A DNA stretch of 64,000 bases from Deltaproteobacteria bacterium TL4 (GCA_051382335.1 JBBCAX010000087.1:1-64000); one strand, 5' to 3'. Shown: positions 8,101 to 20,200, counted from the stretch's first letter. Notes: generated from the sequence alone by a model not told the origin. Numbers and translations: made by a program.

Positions 8101-9597
8101 TTATTTTTCAGGACGCATCGTCGGAAACAGGATCACATCGCGAATATTTGTTTGATTGGTGAGTAACATCACCATGCGATCAATACCAAAGCCAATCCCT
8201 CCCATCGGTGGCATTCCATATTCCATTGCTCGTATAAAATCTTCATCATAAGGATGGGTTTCCGCTTCTCCGCCACGTCCCCGCTCCACTTGATCTTCTA
8301 ACAACTCCCGTTGTTTCACTGGATCATTTAATTCGGAATACGCATTTGAAATTTCCCAACCATTCATAAACGCTTCAAAGCGCTCAATCAGGCCTTCCTG
8401 AGTTCGATGTTTTTTACACAGGGGACTACTTTCTTGAGGATAGTCGATGACAATGGTGGGTTGGATTAATTTTTCTTCGCATAATTCTTCAAAAATAAAC
8501 TGTAACGCTTTCCCACGAGTAAACACACCCTCCATCACCCATCTTCGTGCTTTAAATAAAGCCTGCACCTCATCGTCATTCAAGGTATCAAAGGAAATAG
8601 CTGCATATTTTTTTACAGCATCCAGCATCGTAATGCGCTCCCAAGGGGCTTTAACGTCGAGGACATGGCCTTGGGATTCAAAAGTTGTTTTTCCATGAAC
8701 CGCAAGCGCACAAGCTTCCCAAATAGACTCGCAATGAGTTATCATATCCGTATAATCCGCATAGGCCTGATAAAATTCCAAAGCGGTAAATTCGGGATTA
8801 TGAGTTCGGTCTATGCCTTCATTTCTGAAATTTTTTACAAATTCAAAAACACGTTCAAAGCCTCCAACGACCAGGCGTTTCAGGTAAAGTTCATTGGAAA
8901 TCCGCAGATAGAAATCAATGCCTAAAGCATTGTGATGAGTTTTGAAGGGATTGGCGTTTGCTCCACCATAGACGGATTGTAAGGTAGGTGTTTCTACTTC
9001 CAAAAATCGCTGAGACAACAGATAGTTTCGAATGGTCTGGATGATCAGAGCCCGTTTTATAAAAACCTGCGCTACCTTTTCATTAAGAGTCAAATCCACG
9101 TAACGTTGACGATAGCGGAACTCTTTATCTTTGACTTCATCAAAAACAAGGGTCTCTCCATCAACTTCCTTGATTTTAGGCACGGGTAAAGCACGTGTCG
9201 CCTTTGCAAGTAACTGTAAGTGCTTCACACGAAGGGTTAATTCCCCGGTATTTGTAGACATTAAAATGCCCTGAAGGCCTATAAAATCGCCGATATCAAG
9301 CATTTTAAAAACTTGAAAGGATTCCGCCCCAACTTCATCAATACGAACATATATCTGTAACCGCTGATGTTGTGCTTGCAGGTTCCCAAAAATGGCTTTG
9401 CCTTTACCTCTTACAGCCATGAGACGTCCTGCAATAGCAACTGAAACTTCCGATTGCAACAGCGTATCCGCTTGATTACGAAGCTCCTGGATGGTATGAG
9501 TGCATTGATAGGAATAGGGATACGGGTCAATGGCCATCTCCCGTAGCGTCTTTAATTTGTCTAAGCGAATTTGCGGCTGATCTTCTTGTTCTTCCAT
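8101..9597 (-). CDS. lysS: Lysine--tRNA ligase (class II)
   Basis: RYRQRYVDL, FRNEGIDRTHNPEFT and YGMPPMGGIGFGIDR motifs. ATG at 9597 preferred to TTG at 9609. Confidence 0.98.
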   Translation of the reverse strand: MEEQEDQPQIRLDKLKTLREMAIDPYPYSYQCTHTIQELRNQADTLLQSEVSVAIAGRLMAVRGKGKAIFGNLQAQHQRLQIYVRIDEVGAESFQVFKMLDIGDFIGLQGILMSTNTGELTLRVKHLQLLAKATRALPVPKIKEVDGETLVFDEVKDKEFRYRQRYVDLTLNEKVAQVFIKRALIIQTIRNYLLSQRFLEVETPTLQSVYGGANANPFKTHHNALGIDFYLRISNELYLKRLVVGGFERVFEFVKNFRNEGIDRTHNPEFTALEFYQAYADYTDMITHCESIWEACALAVHGKTTFESQGHVLDVKAPWERITMLDAVKKYAAISFDTLNDDEVQALFKARRWVMEGVFTRGKALQFIFEELCEEKLIQPTIVIDYPQESSPLCKKHRTQEGLIERFEAFMNGWEISNAYSELNDPVKQRELLEDQVERGRGGEAETHPYDEDFIRAMEYGMPPMGGIGFGIDRMVMLLTNQTNIRDVILFPTMRPEK

Positions 9598-9775
9598 GGT
9601 TCTTTCCAAGTCAATAAATTGTAGGGTTTATCATTTGTAGGTACCTGCTTTTACCCGAGAGTGAACTCATCTACAATCTAAAATTAGAGTATGGCGGAGA
9701 CTCAATGAATTTCTTATTAATGAAATAAGGTCAGCGAAGCCTATTTGAGCGGCCCTGAGCATTAACGAAATACAA

Positions 9776-10330
9776 ATGATTAGCATTATTAGCGGTACAT
9801 GCCGCGGAAAAAAATTGAAAGTCCCTGAAGGAAAACAGGTACGTCCTACAGCCAATAAAGTCAGAGAAGCTGTTTTCAATGTACTGAATCAGTTCGGACC
9901 GTTAAATCAATATGTGGTGTTGGATCTTTATGCGGGAAGCGGAGCTCTGGGTCTGGAAGCCTTAAGCCGAGGTGCGAAAAAGGCTTTTTTTATTGAAAAC
10001 GATTACTCTGTTTATGAAATTTTGAAACGAAACGTCAAGGACTGTAAAGTATTGGATTCGCAGGGATGTACCGTTCAAAATAAAGCAGAACGATGGTTGG
10101 CTTACTTTGACAATGACCACCCCTGTTTGATCTTCGTGGACCCTCCTTATCATCAAGGCGAGTATGAAAAAATTCTGCCTCTTCTTGCGAAACTTCCTTC
10201 CATCCCCAATGAATCCATTGTTGTGGTAGAATCTCCGACAACCCTGCTCTATCACATTGCCCCCTCTTTTGAAGTCATAAAAACCAAAATTTACGGTACA
10301 GTCCATGTGAATTTTTTGTTGAAAGAATGA
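9776..10330 (+). CDS. rsmD: 16S rRNA (guanine(966)-N2)-methyltransferase
   Basis: RPTANKVREAVFN, LDLYAGSGALGLEALSRGA and DPPY motifs. Confidence 0.95.
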   Translation: MISIISGTCRGKKLKVPEGKQVRPTANKVREAVFNVLNQFGPLNQYVVLDLYAGSGALGLEALSRGAKKAFFIENDYSVYEILKRNVKDCKVLDSQGCTVQNKAERWLAYFDNDHPCLIFVDPPYHQGEYEKILPLLAKLPSIPNESIVVVESPTTLLYHIAPSFEVIKTKIYGTVHVNFLLKE

Positions 10331-10449
10331 TAACAGGAAAAGCCTCTTGTAGACAACAAAACCGTAATGTCACTAACTTTATCAAAGATGCTATCTGCGC
10401 TTATTATGGAAAAGGAGAGTCGCCAAGCTTACGCCCCAAAAAAACATCA

Positions 10450-10572
10450 GGCCATAGTCATCGTTTCGCCAATGTCCCTTCGACTTCGCTCAGGGAACGC
10501 ACCCGGAGGCTGAGCGGAGTCGAAGCCGGATTTCAAAACTTACGGCCTTTTAGCGAAACGATGACTATAGCC
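10450..10572. repeat. Nested palindrome: 23-bp outer inverted repeat enclosing a CTTCGAC...GTCGAAG REP-like pair
   Basis: GGCCATAGTCATCGTTTCGCCAA versus TTAGCGAAACGATGACTATAGCC (21/23). Inner pair is CTTCGACTTCGCTCAG / CTGAGCGGAGTCGAAG. Confidence 0.75.
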
Positions 10573-10694
10573 ATTTGCAGAGACGCCCCAGAAGATGCTT
10601 GATGGACATAAATTTGAAATAGTGGTTGACGTTTCAGCAAGAATATTGAATAGGCTTAGTAGTACCATCGTTTATCAATACAAGAGACGTTCAT

Positions 10695-10864
10695 TTAAAT
10701 AACGCATGTTACGCACTTCTGGTTCCTAAATGCAGTACGCCTCTGGTTCTCAAGCTCCCAGTGCGCCTCTGGTTCCCAAGTTTCAGCTTGGGAATCAATT
10801 TATTTTTGAAGCTCCAGCTTCATCCGCTTGGTAACGAGAAGTAATGCGTAACATGAGTAATTAA
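10695..10864. repeat. Nested palindrome with CATGTTACGCA outer arms and three internal CTGGTTC units about 25 bp apart
   Basis: CATGTTACGCA (10705-10715) pairs with TGCGTAACATG (10845-10855). Inner TTCCCAAG...CTTGGGAA hairpin. Confidence 0.65.
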
Positions 10865-10973
10865 GGCGGGACACTTAATTAATTCAGCAGATAAGTAGGG
10901 TGGATGATAACTCACCCTTTATCTGTCCCGCTTTAATGGATAACCCGAATATGTTGACTTTTGAGAAAAATCC

Positions 10974-12974
10974 ATGAAAACCATCCAAAAGACATTAATG
11001 TATCATAATTTTCAAAAAGAGATCACTACTTTGTTGATAGGAGCCGTGTTATTCTTATTTCAAGCATGCTATGTCACCAAGAAGTCCTCAAGTGAGGCAG
11101 AAACTAAAACGACCCCCAAGAGTGGGAATGCGGAAGACTTGATACTGCTTGTTCCAACATCAACCCCTCCCAACAAGCATGCCTTGATCACTTCCGAAGT
11201 CACCCGCTATCTTGAGACTCTCGAAGGCGATGATCGGGCGAAAACTCAAACGGTTTTGGAATCGTTTACTCAGTTTCTTAACGAAAATGGGATTTTTGCG
11301 GTTGGAGAACTACAAACCCGTTTATTAAATGATGCTGATTTTCGAGAAAAGTTTGATACCTTCTTAAACGCTAACAATGAGTTGGTCTCCGTAAACAGGT
11401 CCGCAAGGGTCTCTCTGATTTCATTGTTTGAGGCGATTTACAATTTTTTAAAGTGGATGTTTGGTACGGAAGATCCAACAATTACCACAGAAAAAGTTGA
11501 CAAATTGCCCTACAATCAGGTTTATCAAAAAGCCTCTCATAATTCATATCAACGTCTTGAGGGGTATCTGGATCAAATGATTTATCACCGCATCCGCTCA
11601 ATTGAGTTCGACGTGCATACCAAAAGTCATTCCGGGTTACTTGGTGAAGCTGGCTCCTTTGCGCCCAAAGGCGATTGGTACGTCTATCATTCGATTGAAG
11701 ACCTCAACTATGGTTCCTTGGCTTACTTAAGCGATGGATTGGAACAAGTCCAAGCCTTTCAAAAAGCCATCCCGAATCATGAAATTGTAACCATCTTTTT
11801 CGATTTCAAAGAGGGGTTTCGGCATGACGGTTATCGATCCAATGACCTGGATGCTTTGATGAAAGCGTACTTAGGAGAAAGTTCTCTGCTAACGCCTGCT
11901 GATTTAAAAGCCGCATGTCCTCATGCCACAACACTCCTTGAAACCGTAACCCTGCCTGGATGTAGTTGGCCTACATTAGGAACCCTGAAAGGAAAGTTTT
12001 TGTATATTATCGCTGATGGGGCGAGGGAGTACCTTCCAGCAGGTCAGGATCCCTTCCAAGTTTCTGGTTTTACAGCGGGAACGGGTGCACCACAATCCGA
12101 TGCGATTTTTTATAACTTTAATGCCAACAAGGACGAAAACTACCCTTTGATTAAAGCAACGTATGAAGCGAATCTGGTGAGTCGTGTCTATTATGCGGAC
12201 GGCTCTTCCTTATTTTCCAAAATTATTATGAATCATGGACATCACTTGGCGAATAACGCTGTGAATTATCATGAAGATACCTATTCCTCTACCCATAATG
12301 CCAAGGGGTTTCCATTTCAATGTATGGATCCTGTCAACTGTCCCATCTCGAAGAACCATGAGGAATCCACAAACATCATTGGTATTGAAGTGGACTCAGG
12401 TGATATATGGAATGATAAGGATTCTTTTCTTTTCCTCTATAACCAAAACGACGATTTAAAAGAAACAAACTGGACTGCGTTTGTCTCAACAGTCAATAGT
12501 CATGTGGATCATTGGGCGAAAGGTTGTTTGATGGCAAGAGCATCCGCTACGTCAGGTGCCAGTTATTTTGCGGTTTGCCGTCCAGCCGATGAGAACAAGA
12601 TTCGGATTCAATTTCGAACCAGTCCATCGTCCTCATCTTCTAGCACCGAATTGAGTTCAGTTCATGTTCCCAGTGGATGGCAAGATCCCAATGGTATCCT
12701 CTTCCTTAAATTGCACATCTATGATCAAGCAAAATGCGCACGGGGGTATGCCGCCTGGAATGGAGAAGACTGGAAAGAAATTGGTGCCCAATGCTTTGAC
12801 GAACCCTTAAGGCTCCAAGGCTTAGCCGCGGCATCGCATGATGGCGGAACCATTAAATTTCTCTTTGGAAATGTGACACAGAATACTCAATTGATGAAGG
12901 CATCTTCCTTTTCCATGTCTCAAGCTGTAGGAACCGTGCGCAGTTCCGCCATCTTTGACGGTATTTTTCCGTAG
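10974..12974 (+). CDS. Lipoprotein with PI-PLC-like phosphodiesterase domain and C-terminal beta-sandwich (DUF1349/ConA-like) domain
   Basis: Lipobox FQAC. QKASHNSY, RSIEFDVH, VYH and WPTLGTLKGKFL match PI-PLC-like TIM barrels. SGDIWNDKDSF and WAKGCLMAR mark the C-terminal domain. The start may be ATG at 10998. Confidence 0.7.
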   Translation: MKTIQKTLMYHNFQKEITTLLIGAVLFLFQACYVTKKSSSEAETKTTPKSGNAEDLILLVPTSTPPNKHALITSEVTRYLETLEGDDRAKTQTVLESFTQFLNENGIFAVGELQTRLLNDADFREKFDTFLNANNELVSVNRSARVSLISLFEAIYNFLKWMFGTEDPTITTEKVDKLPYNQVYQKASHNSYQRLEGYLDQMIYHRIRSIEFDVHTKSHSGLLGEAGSFAPKGDWYVYHSIEDLNYGSLAYLSDGLEQVQAFQKAIPNHEIVTIFFDFKEGFRHDGYRSNDLDALMKAYLGESSLLTPADLKAACPHATTLLETVTLPGCSWPTLGTLKGKFLYIIADGAREYLPAGQDPFQVSGFTAGTGAPQSDAIFYNFNANKDENYPLIKATYEANLVSRVYYADGSSLFSKIIMNHGHHLANNAVNYHEDTYSSTHNAKGFPFQCMDPVNCPISKNHEESTNIIGIEVDSGDIWNDKDSFLFLYNQNDDLKETNWTAFVSTVNSHVDHWAKGCLMARASATSGASYFAVCRPADENKIRIQFRTSPSSSSSSTELSSVHVPSGWQDPNGILFLKLHIYDQAKCARGYAAWNGEDWKEIGAQCFDEPLRLQGLAAASHDGGTIKFLFGNVTQNTQLMKASSFSMSQAVGTVRSSAIFDGIFP

Positions 12975-13040
12975 GAGGGGTTTGGGTTGCGATCAGTGAT
13001 ATCAATTTAAAGTGGATTTGAAAAATTCAAAGTCCAGATT

Positions 13041-13220
13041 CATAGGTGTTCGGGATTTTTATTATTTATAATCAGTTGGTTAAAATCCAGATTTTGGGGT
13101 GCCCGTAAATGCCCGTTAAACAAGGATAAAAAATATCCGTGAATTACCGGTTTTAGAGACAATTATGAGGCGTCTCTCTAAGTACATGATTAAAAATAGA
13201 AAAAATCCAGAACACCTATG
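13041..13220. mobile_element. 180-bp MITE with CATAGGTGTTC terminal inverted repeats
   Basis: CATAGGTGTTCGGGATTTTT (13041-13060) versus the reverse complement of 13201-13220, 19/20 identical and extending imperfectly to about 40 bp. Confidence 0.8.
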
Positions 13221-13823
13221 ATTGTCGATCATGTGTACTGCCTGCTGTGAGCTTAAACCAGTTTAGTTTCCCCGATAACAAATCAAAGCACTCATGCCAT
13301 TTGATTGCCGCGTTGGTAAAGGTTCCCGGGTAAGCGTTTTTTGCGCCATCCCAAAGAGTAAAGGAACTGGAATCGACAAGCAAAATTCCGCTAATTCCAA
13401 GTATAGGAAGGATTTCTGAACCGATCATCAGGCAGCCTGAAAGTTTGGAAATTAACGTTGAAACCACCATGATCAAAAAGTGTTTTAACCGATTACGAGC
13501 AAGACGTTCCCAGAAGGCGCCGCGACTGATATTCGTTTTGAGACGGCCCATCATTTGGCGGCGAATGGTCTCTAAGGAGGTCTTTTTAGTGTCTCCCAAA
13601 TAGCAGAAGATTAAGTTGACAACGAAGGCCAATGGACTGATTGGACTTCGTCCATCTTTGGCCGGGATAATTGTGGCAAGCTCTTGCTTGATTTGTTTGA
13701 GATGACTCTCTTCTTTGTTCATGCTGGCCTCCTGGGGGCTGTGTTAGCAAAATGTCCAGAATGTCATCTTTTCAACAAGAAGCCAATTGAATTTATTATG
13801 ATTTAAAACCACGAACACCTATG
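13221..13823 (-). mobile_element. Truncated IS4-family element: left end plus N-terminal part of the transposase (ORF 13722 to 13216)
   Basis: ISRGAFWERL and ILLVDSS (first catalytic Asp) motifs. Terminal repeat CATAGGTGTTCGTGG on the minus strand starts at 13823. The ORF stops at the MITE boundary. Confidence 0.8.
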
Positions 13824-14203
13824 GGCGTTGCTCGCATTGTGTTCGGTTTGTGCGGCCACAATTTTCATGGAGGTACTGATTTGCTCTGAAGAACCGGCTT
13901 GTTTGAGGGCCCCCTCAGCGAGGGATTGGTTGGAATATTCGATCTGACTGGCTCCCTCCGCAATTTCAAGGGTCGCCGACATTATTTTTCCTAAAAGCGT
14001 ATTTAGGCCTTGATGCATGTATCGCAAAGCTTTCCCAAGCTCATCCTGCTCCGAAGAGATTTCTACCTCATGCGATAAATCAGCTTGAGCAATCTGGGTT
14101 GCCAAAGACGCTTTTTGCTTTAAGGCGGAAACCATGGCCTGCAACGCATTACCCAACGCGTCAGCATTGGACGCAATGAGTAGTTTTTGAGATAAGTCTC
14201 CTC
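13824..14203 (-). pseudogene. Methyl-accepting chemotaxis protein fragment (HAMP pieces plus start of signalling domain)
   Basis: GDLSQK...DALG and ADLSHEVEISSEQDELG HAMP motifs, then QSLAEGALKQAGSSEQISTSM...NA. Cut by the IS end; the 5' part is missing. Confidence 0.8.
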
Positions 14204-14225
14204 TGTGTCTCTGTGTCTCTGTGGC
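14201..14225. repeat. Solo arm of the 8-nt-unit (CACAGAGA) repeat family
   Basis: CTCTGTGTCTCTGTGTCTCTGTGGC, same family as 21961-22031. Confidence 0.7.
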
Positions 14226-14265
14226 AATATCTGAGTAGTCACGATATTTTTTGTGGAATCACCCC

Positions 14266-17200
14266 TTATTTTATTTTTGCGACAATTAAGGTAATGTCAT
14301 CATCAGGAGGATAATCACCACAATGCTGATGGAATGCTGAAATGATACGATCTTTGATTTCTGACGCATTGAGATTCGCGCATTGTTTGATAATCCACTT
14401 CAGGGGCATACTGCCAAACATCTGGCCTTGAGCATTGGTATTTTCTACCAGACCATCGGTGTACCAAATGAGGACATCCTCCGTTTGAAGAGGTTGAATA
14501 TCCATCTTAAAAACAGCATCAGAATCGTAACCTAAAGGGGCGTTTTGACTTTTCAAATGCAGAATCGAACTTTTATGCTCTTTTCCATTGCGAATGAATT
14601 TGAATTGAGAAGGCCGGAAAATAAAACAAGGGTTATGCCCCGCATTGGAGTAAAGCAGGTTCTTTTTTTTGAGATCAATTGCCGAATAAAAGAAGGTCAT
14701 GGCATAGGAGGAATCAGTACTTTTGATCATCAGATTATTCAACAATTCCAAAAAATAAGTAGGATGCAAGAGTTGATGGGAGGTTCCATTGGCGATAATT
14801 CTGCGGTGATGTTCTTCCATCGAGTGATAAATACTGTCTGCCATTGCCGTGATCAGAGCCGCGGAAACGCCATGTCCTGTCACATCTCCGATGACTACAT
14901 CCAAACGGTTGGTGTCTTGATAATAACCATAATCATACCAATCCCCACCGGATTCTGAGGCAGACTGATAAAAGCTGGCAATCTCGATTTCTTCTAATTG
15001 TGGATCAAACTGGGGAAGTAAGCGTTTTTGGACGGTTTGCGCGGTTTTCAACTCCATCTGTTGGCGCTCAGATTCCTTCATGGCAAAGGCCAACATTTTG
15101 AGTTGCAAATGCATTTGTACCCGGGAAAGGAGTTCTTTTTTGTGAAAGGGTTTCGTTAAGTAGTCATTAGCACCTGACTGGAAGCCTTCAACCAAATCAA
15201 TTACCTGATTTTTCGCGGTGAGCATGATGACTGGTAAAACGATACTACTATAACTTTCCCTAATTTTTTGACACACTTCATAACCACTCATTCTTGGCAT
15301 CATTACGTCTAACAGAATTAAATCCGGTACATGCTGGGACAAGAGCTCCAGCGCCTGAATTCCGTCATAAGCGGTGAGTATCTTGTAATTACTCAACTGC
15401 AGATGACTTTTCAGAATATGAACATTCACCACTTCATCATCAACCACCAGAATAGTTTGTCCCAAAGAGACCCTCTCGGTTGTCCTTACCGTTGTTCCCT
15501 CAGGTAAAGAATCAGCCTCCTGCTCGTTTTGCATCAACAGACCCGACGCGTTGTCTCCATTTTGCTCTGAAAAGCCTTTAAGAAGTGAGAGCGTTCCGTT
15601 ACGTTCCTGCTCTGAGTCAAGTATCTGTGTTGAGGCAATGGGCAACTGAAAAGAAAAGACCGAGCCTTTACCCTCTTGACTTTTGACTTCAATTTTTCCT
15701 CCCTGAAGTTCCACCAACTGCTGAGTCACAGCTAATCCCAGTCCTGTACCGCCGAACTCTCTGGAAATAGAGCCATCCGCCTGCTTAAAGGATTGAAAAA
15801 TAATTTCCTGATGCTCTTCCGCAATGCCGATCCCAGTATCGGAAACATCAATTTGAAGGTTCGCCCCTACTTGTTTCGCAAAAATCGTCACGTTCCCTTC
15901 CCAAGTGAATTTAATGGCATTTCCTATCAAATTAAGCAGAATTTGCTGGAGTCGGGATTCATCAGCAGACACCAAAGGCAAATCGTCAGGAATCTGGTTG
16001 TTCAAGGTAATCGGTTTATTAGCAATCAAATGGGTGCTTAGAGCCATCACAATATTGCTGATACTTTTGATGTCCACGACTTTTAACTGTAATTGAAGTT
16101 CATGATGTTTCATTTTGGAAAAATCGAGAATATCGTTGACCAGGCTGGAAAGTCGTTTGCCACTCTGAATGATCATTTGAAGACTATACGCCTGCTCCTT
16201 ATTGAGGAGATCGACCGTGCCATCAAGCAAGGCTTCGCCCAAACCAATAATTCCATGTAACGGTGTTTTGAGTTCATGAGAAGTATTTGCGAGGAATTCA
16301 TCTTTTAATTTGTCCGCTTCCTGTAACTTTTCCAACGCGAGTTTTAATTCTTTTGTTTGCTCCTCTACCTTTTGTTCCAGTGACGCGTTGATATGTTCGA
16401 TTTCTTTGGTCAGGTGAGCATTGTAGACCGCATTGGCAATTTGAGTTACAAAATTTTGGATCTTAAGGATATCCGATTCATCAAGGTGAAAGGCTTCATG
16501 AAGCGAAAAAAAATTCATAAACCCAATCACATTTCCTTGAACACTTAGCGGCATCAGAAGTAAGGAATGAAAAGGATAAATATCATAAAATTGTTTATCA
16601 ATGGACCCCATGCGTGAGGACTCCACAACAGGAATGTAAAGAGGATTCCCCGTATGTAAGGAATAGGTCACCGCGCTCTCCTGGCTGTTGAGGGGAACCG
16701 GGACATTACAAAATTGTTTTATAAGTTCAGGCCCAAGAATATCTCCATAAACTTTTTGAGTCACGACGACCTGCTGAGCTTCATCAACAACCATGATGGA
16801 CACCACCTCGAAATGAAATATTTCTAATAACGCTTTTTTGGCGGTGTCTACCACTTTATCAAGATCCAGGGTGGAGTTGACGGCCTGGACCACCTGATTG
16901 ATATTCACAATCTCCTGCTCTTTTGCCTGAGCCTCCAAAAATGCTTTTTTGGTCTGTGCCAACAAGTTGACGTTGTTGATGGCATTGGAGATGGGGGCAA
17001 TATAACGTTGGGTCTTAAAAACCTGATCATCTGTTAATTCAAAAGGGGTAGTACTGTGTCCAAAAGCAATCACACCAATTACCTTTTGTTGAATTTCCAT
17101 AGGATAAAACAAATAGGATTTCGAACGAATCTGCTGGTGTATTTCCAAGTCTTTCTCATCAAAAAAGCACAGGATTTCATTGGTAATGGGAGATACGTAT

Positions 17201-20200
17201 TTAGGCTCATTATCGTGGATGGCCTTAATAAACCAACTCCCTTGGTGGGCTAACGAGAGTCTAACCTTTTTCATCCGTTCCACCTGTGCATCGGAAACCC
17301 CTTCCCCATAGACTTTAACAAAGTTCAACGCCTGACGCTCTTCATCAATGAGCCAAATGCCTAATTGATCAAACTCAAAAAAGGTTTGTAACGCATTGCG
17401 AACGCATCCCAAAACATTATCCAGTTCCATCGAGGAATTGATGGCTTGGATGACTTGGCTGAAATGAGAAATTTCCTGTTCCTTATTTTTTGCTTCGATT
17501 AACGCGACTGAAAGCGCTTCGGTTCTTTCCTGGACTTTGTTTTCCAACACTTGAATCATATTCAGGGTATGGATGTGAGGTCCAAGCGCCATGGACAGTT
17601 GATATAAAAACTCCTTTTCCATTTGGGTATACACCGCACTGTTGGTTTTGCCTCCAAGCAGGAGTAACCCTGACAATTGATCCTCATAGAAGATGGGTTG
17701 GATCCATTCTGCCTCTAAAAAAATCGGTTCAATCTTTTGAGGGCTTTTCTCGGTATAAATCCATTCCTCAACCTCTTCTTGAGTCACTCCCGCTTTTTGT
17801 TGCTTCAACCAGATTAACAACATAGAATCATTGATGATTTCCACAGGACATTCGCTCTCGTTGAGCGGATCCGCTGTTGAAAAAAAATTGCTTTGAAAAC
17901 TGAGATAGGACCACCCAGAAAAGTGATGCCCTGAGGAGGTTTGAACCAGAAGGGTACAACGATTTGAAGACAAAATTTTAAAAAGGGAATAACTCACAAA
18001 CTGATACAATTCCCGATGACGCGTTACTCGGGAGAGCAGTTCCATGATAAAGGTAAACGCTTGTTGCAAAGCCTCTTTTTCATGTTCGAAAAATAAAAAA
18101 AGCACCGCGTGCCAAGCCTGAGAAAAGAAAGAGGTACTGGTTAGGATGATAAGGCTGCCTAGCAGATAATGGCCTAAAGAAGGTTGTACCAGCCCTGTGT
18201 TTAACAACAGGATACAGAGCAACAAGACAAAACCGGCCAGTCCGCTCCAATAGACAAACAAGCGTATGGTTTGTACTAATTCCTTTTTATTATGAACCAG
18301 CAAACCATAGGCAAACAGTAAGATTGGAATAAAGAGGAAATTACTGGGGGGATATAATTCAAACCCATTTAAAGCCGGGATATTGCCTAAACTGAGCAGG
18401 GCCGTAACGAGATAGCCAAACATGACATAGGTGAGTCGATGTTTTTCATAAACTTGTTTTGTGTTCCTATAAACCTTATACATGGCTACAATCACATAAA
18501 TCGTCCCCAACAACCAAAGGCTGCTCATTACATCAAAAAGAATCGCTTTTTTTACGACCACTCCCCAAAAATAGGAGTAAACACTGTCTTGGAAGTACCA
18601 TTGAGTATGGGACAAGGAGGCCATCAGGAAACCCATGAAGTATCCTCCTCGGCTTAACCAAAGATGCCTTTGATCATGGGTCAATAAAAACAACAGATGT
18701 AGATTTAACCCCAGCATCAACAAGACCAAAAAAAACTGATCCCAACGTGTGATGATCAAAAAAACTGACAAATCCACCAGAAATCCCGCAAGAAAGAAAT
18801 CCAAACTCAAAAAGGCGTAACACAGACACATAAAATTAAAAACCCAAACTTCCTTTTGTTTTTGGGGCATTCTCAACAGGACAAAGGACAAGAACAGACA
18901 GGAAAGAAAGGAAATCAAAGAGGGTACCGTGTAAGGAGTCAGCCGATTAAAAATATGAGACCAGCTCAAGCTTCTCCATGCCCAAAAAAATAAACAAATC
19001 AAGCTCACATAGCCTGTGACTATGAGGAGTTGAGAAGTTTTTTCAATGATCCTCTTTTTAGCGTATGAATTGATATGCAGTACATCATGACGAAAAATAC
19101 CATAAGCGGTAACCATGACCGCTAAAAATGTAAAATTTCCCAAGGGATAAATATTCATTCCCATAACGGCAGGAATACTGCCAAAATTAAAAACGGAGAC
19201 AACCACCAAACCGATAAATATATAAAATATTTGCTTACTTTTCTCCTCATCAGTTTCATGCATCCAATGTTGCAGCAATAAAACCATGACCCACAACAAG
19301 ATGAGGATCCCATTGATGGAAAAAAGCTGAAAGGCCCAATTCCCCTGAGGATAAAACCCCCACATATAATGTGACATGGTATCTTTGTAATAATGAGGTG
19401 TATGAGTCCAAAACATAAAAAAGAAACCAAGCAGATAATTGAAGATAACCAGTTTCCTGCCTGAACGATTGACAATTCGATAGCCCAGGTGGAGACTGAG
19501 TGCCGTTTGATTGACCAGGAAAAAATGATTGATTCGGACAATCAAAATGGCCATGCCAGGTTCCCGAAGATTTTCGGTGAATAACATTTCCAGCGCAAGC
19601 CCGCCCCATAGCCAGCACATCAGGCCAAAGAGAAAATGCTCCACTTTCATCTTGCTGCGAGTTAAGCAGAAAGACGTCACACCAAAGCAAACAATGACCG
19701 TAAACAAGGGCGGTATCGAATAGTTTAAAAAGTGCTGGTATAGATCATTCCGAAATCCAGCCCTTGATGAGAACAGCACAAACAGGAGACTAAAAAAAAC
19801 AGGACTCCAAATCAGCGCAATAATAATTTTTGAAGAAGTTTCTTGTGAAAGCCAGCTTTTAGTCGTGTCCAACAGTTGGTGTTGCAGAATTCCATAAGCC
19901 ATCAACGCCAAGGGGAGAAAACCAAAGTTTCCAGGAGGATAGATGGAAATCCCCAACATAGGAAAAGCATGGGTCAAGGTCATCACTCCGCTCAGGACAA
20001 TTCCACTCAATACATATTTAATCATCCGCTGCTTGAAGGGATTATTCACTTTTCTATATTCGGCCCATAAAAGGCTAATCCCATAAACAATGGCAGCAAT
20101 GGAAAATAAAATAAACAGATGAAAGCCCTCATTGGGAACCGGTAAAATGGCATAAAACGAGTCCCGGTTTGCCGTTATAAAGTGAGAAGTCGGGATCACA

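Noticed and set aside
10327..10602. 91-aa ORF after rsmD
   Set aside because: It runs through palindromic repeats and has no recognisable protein features.
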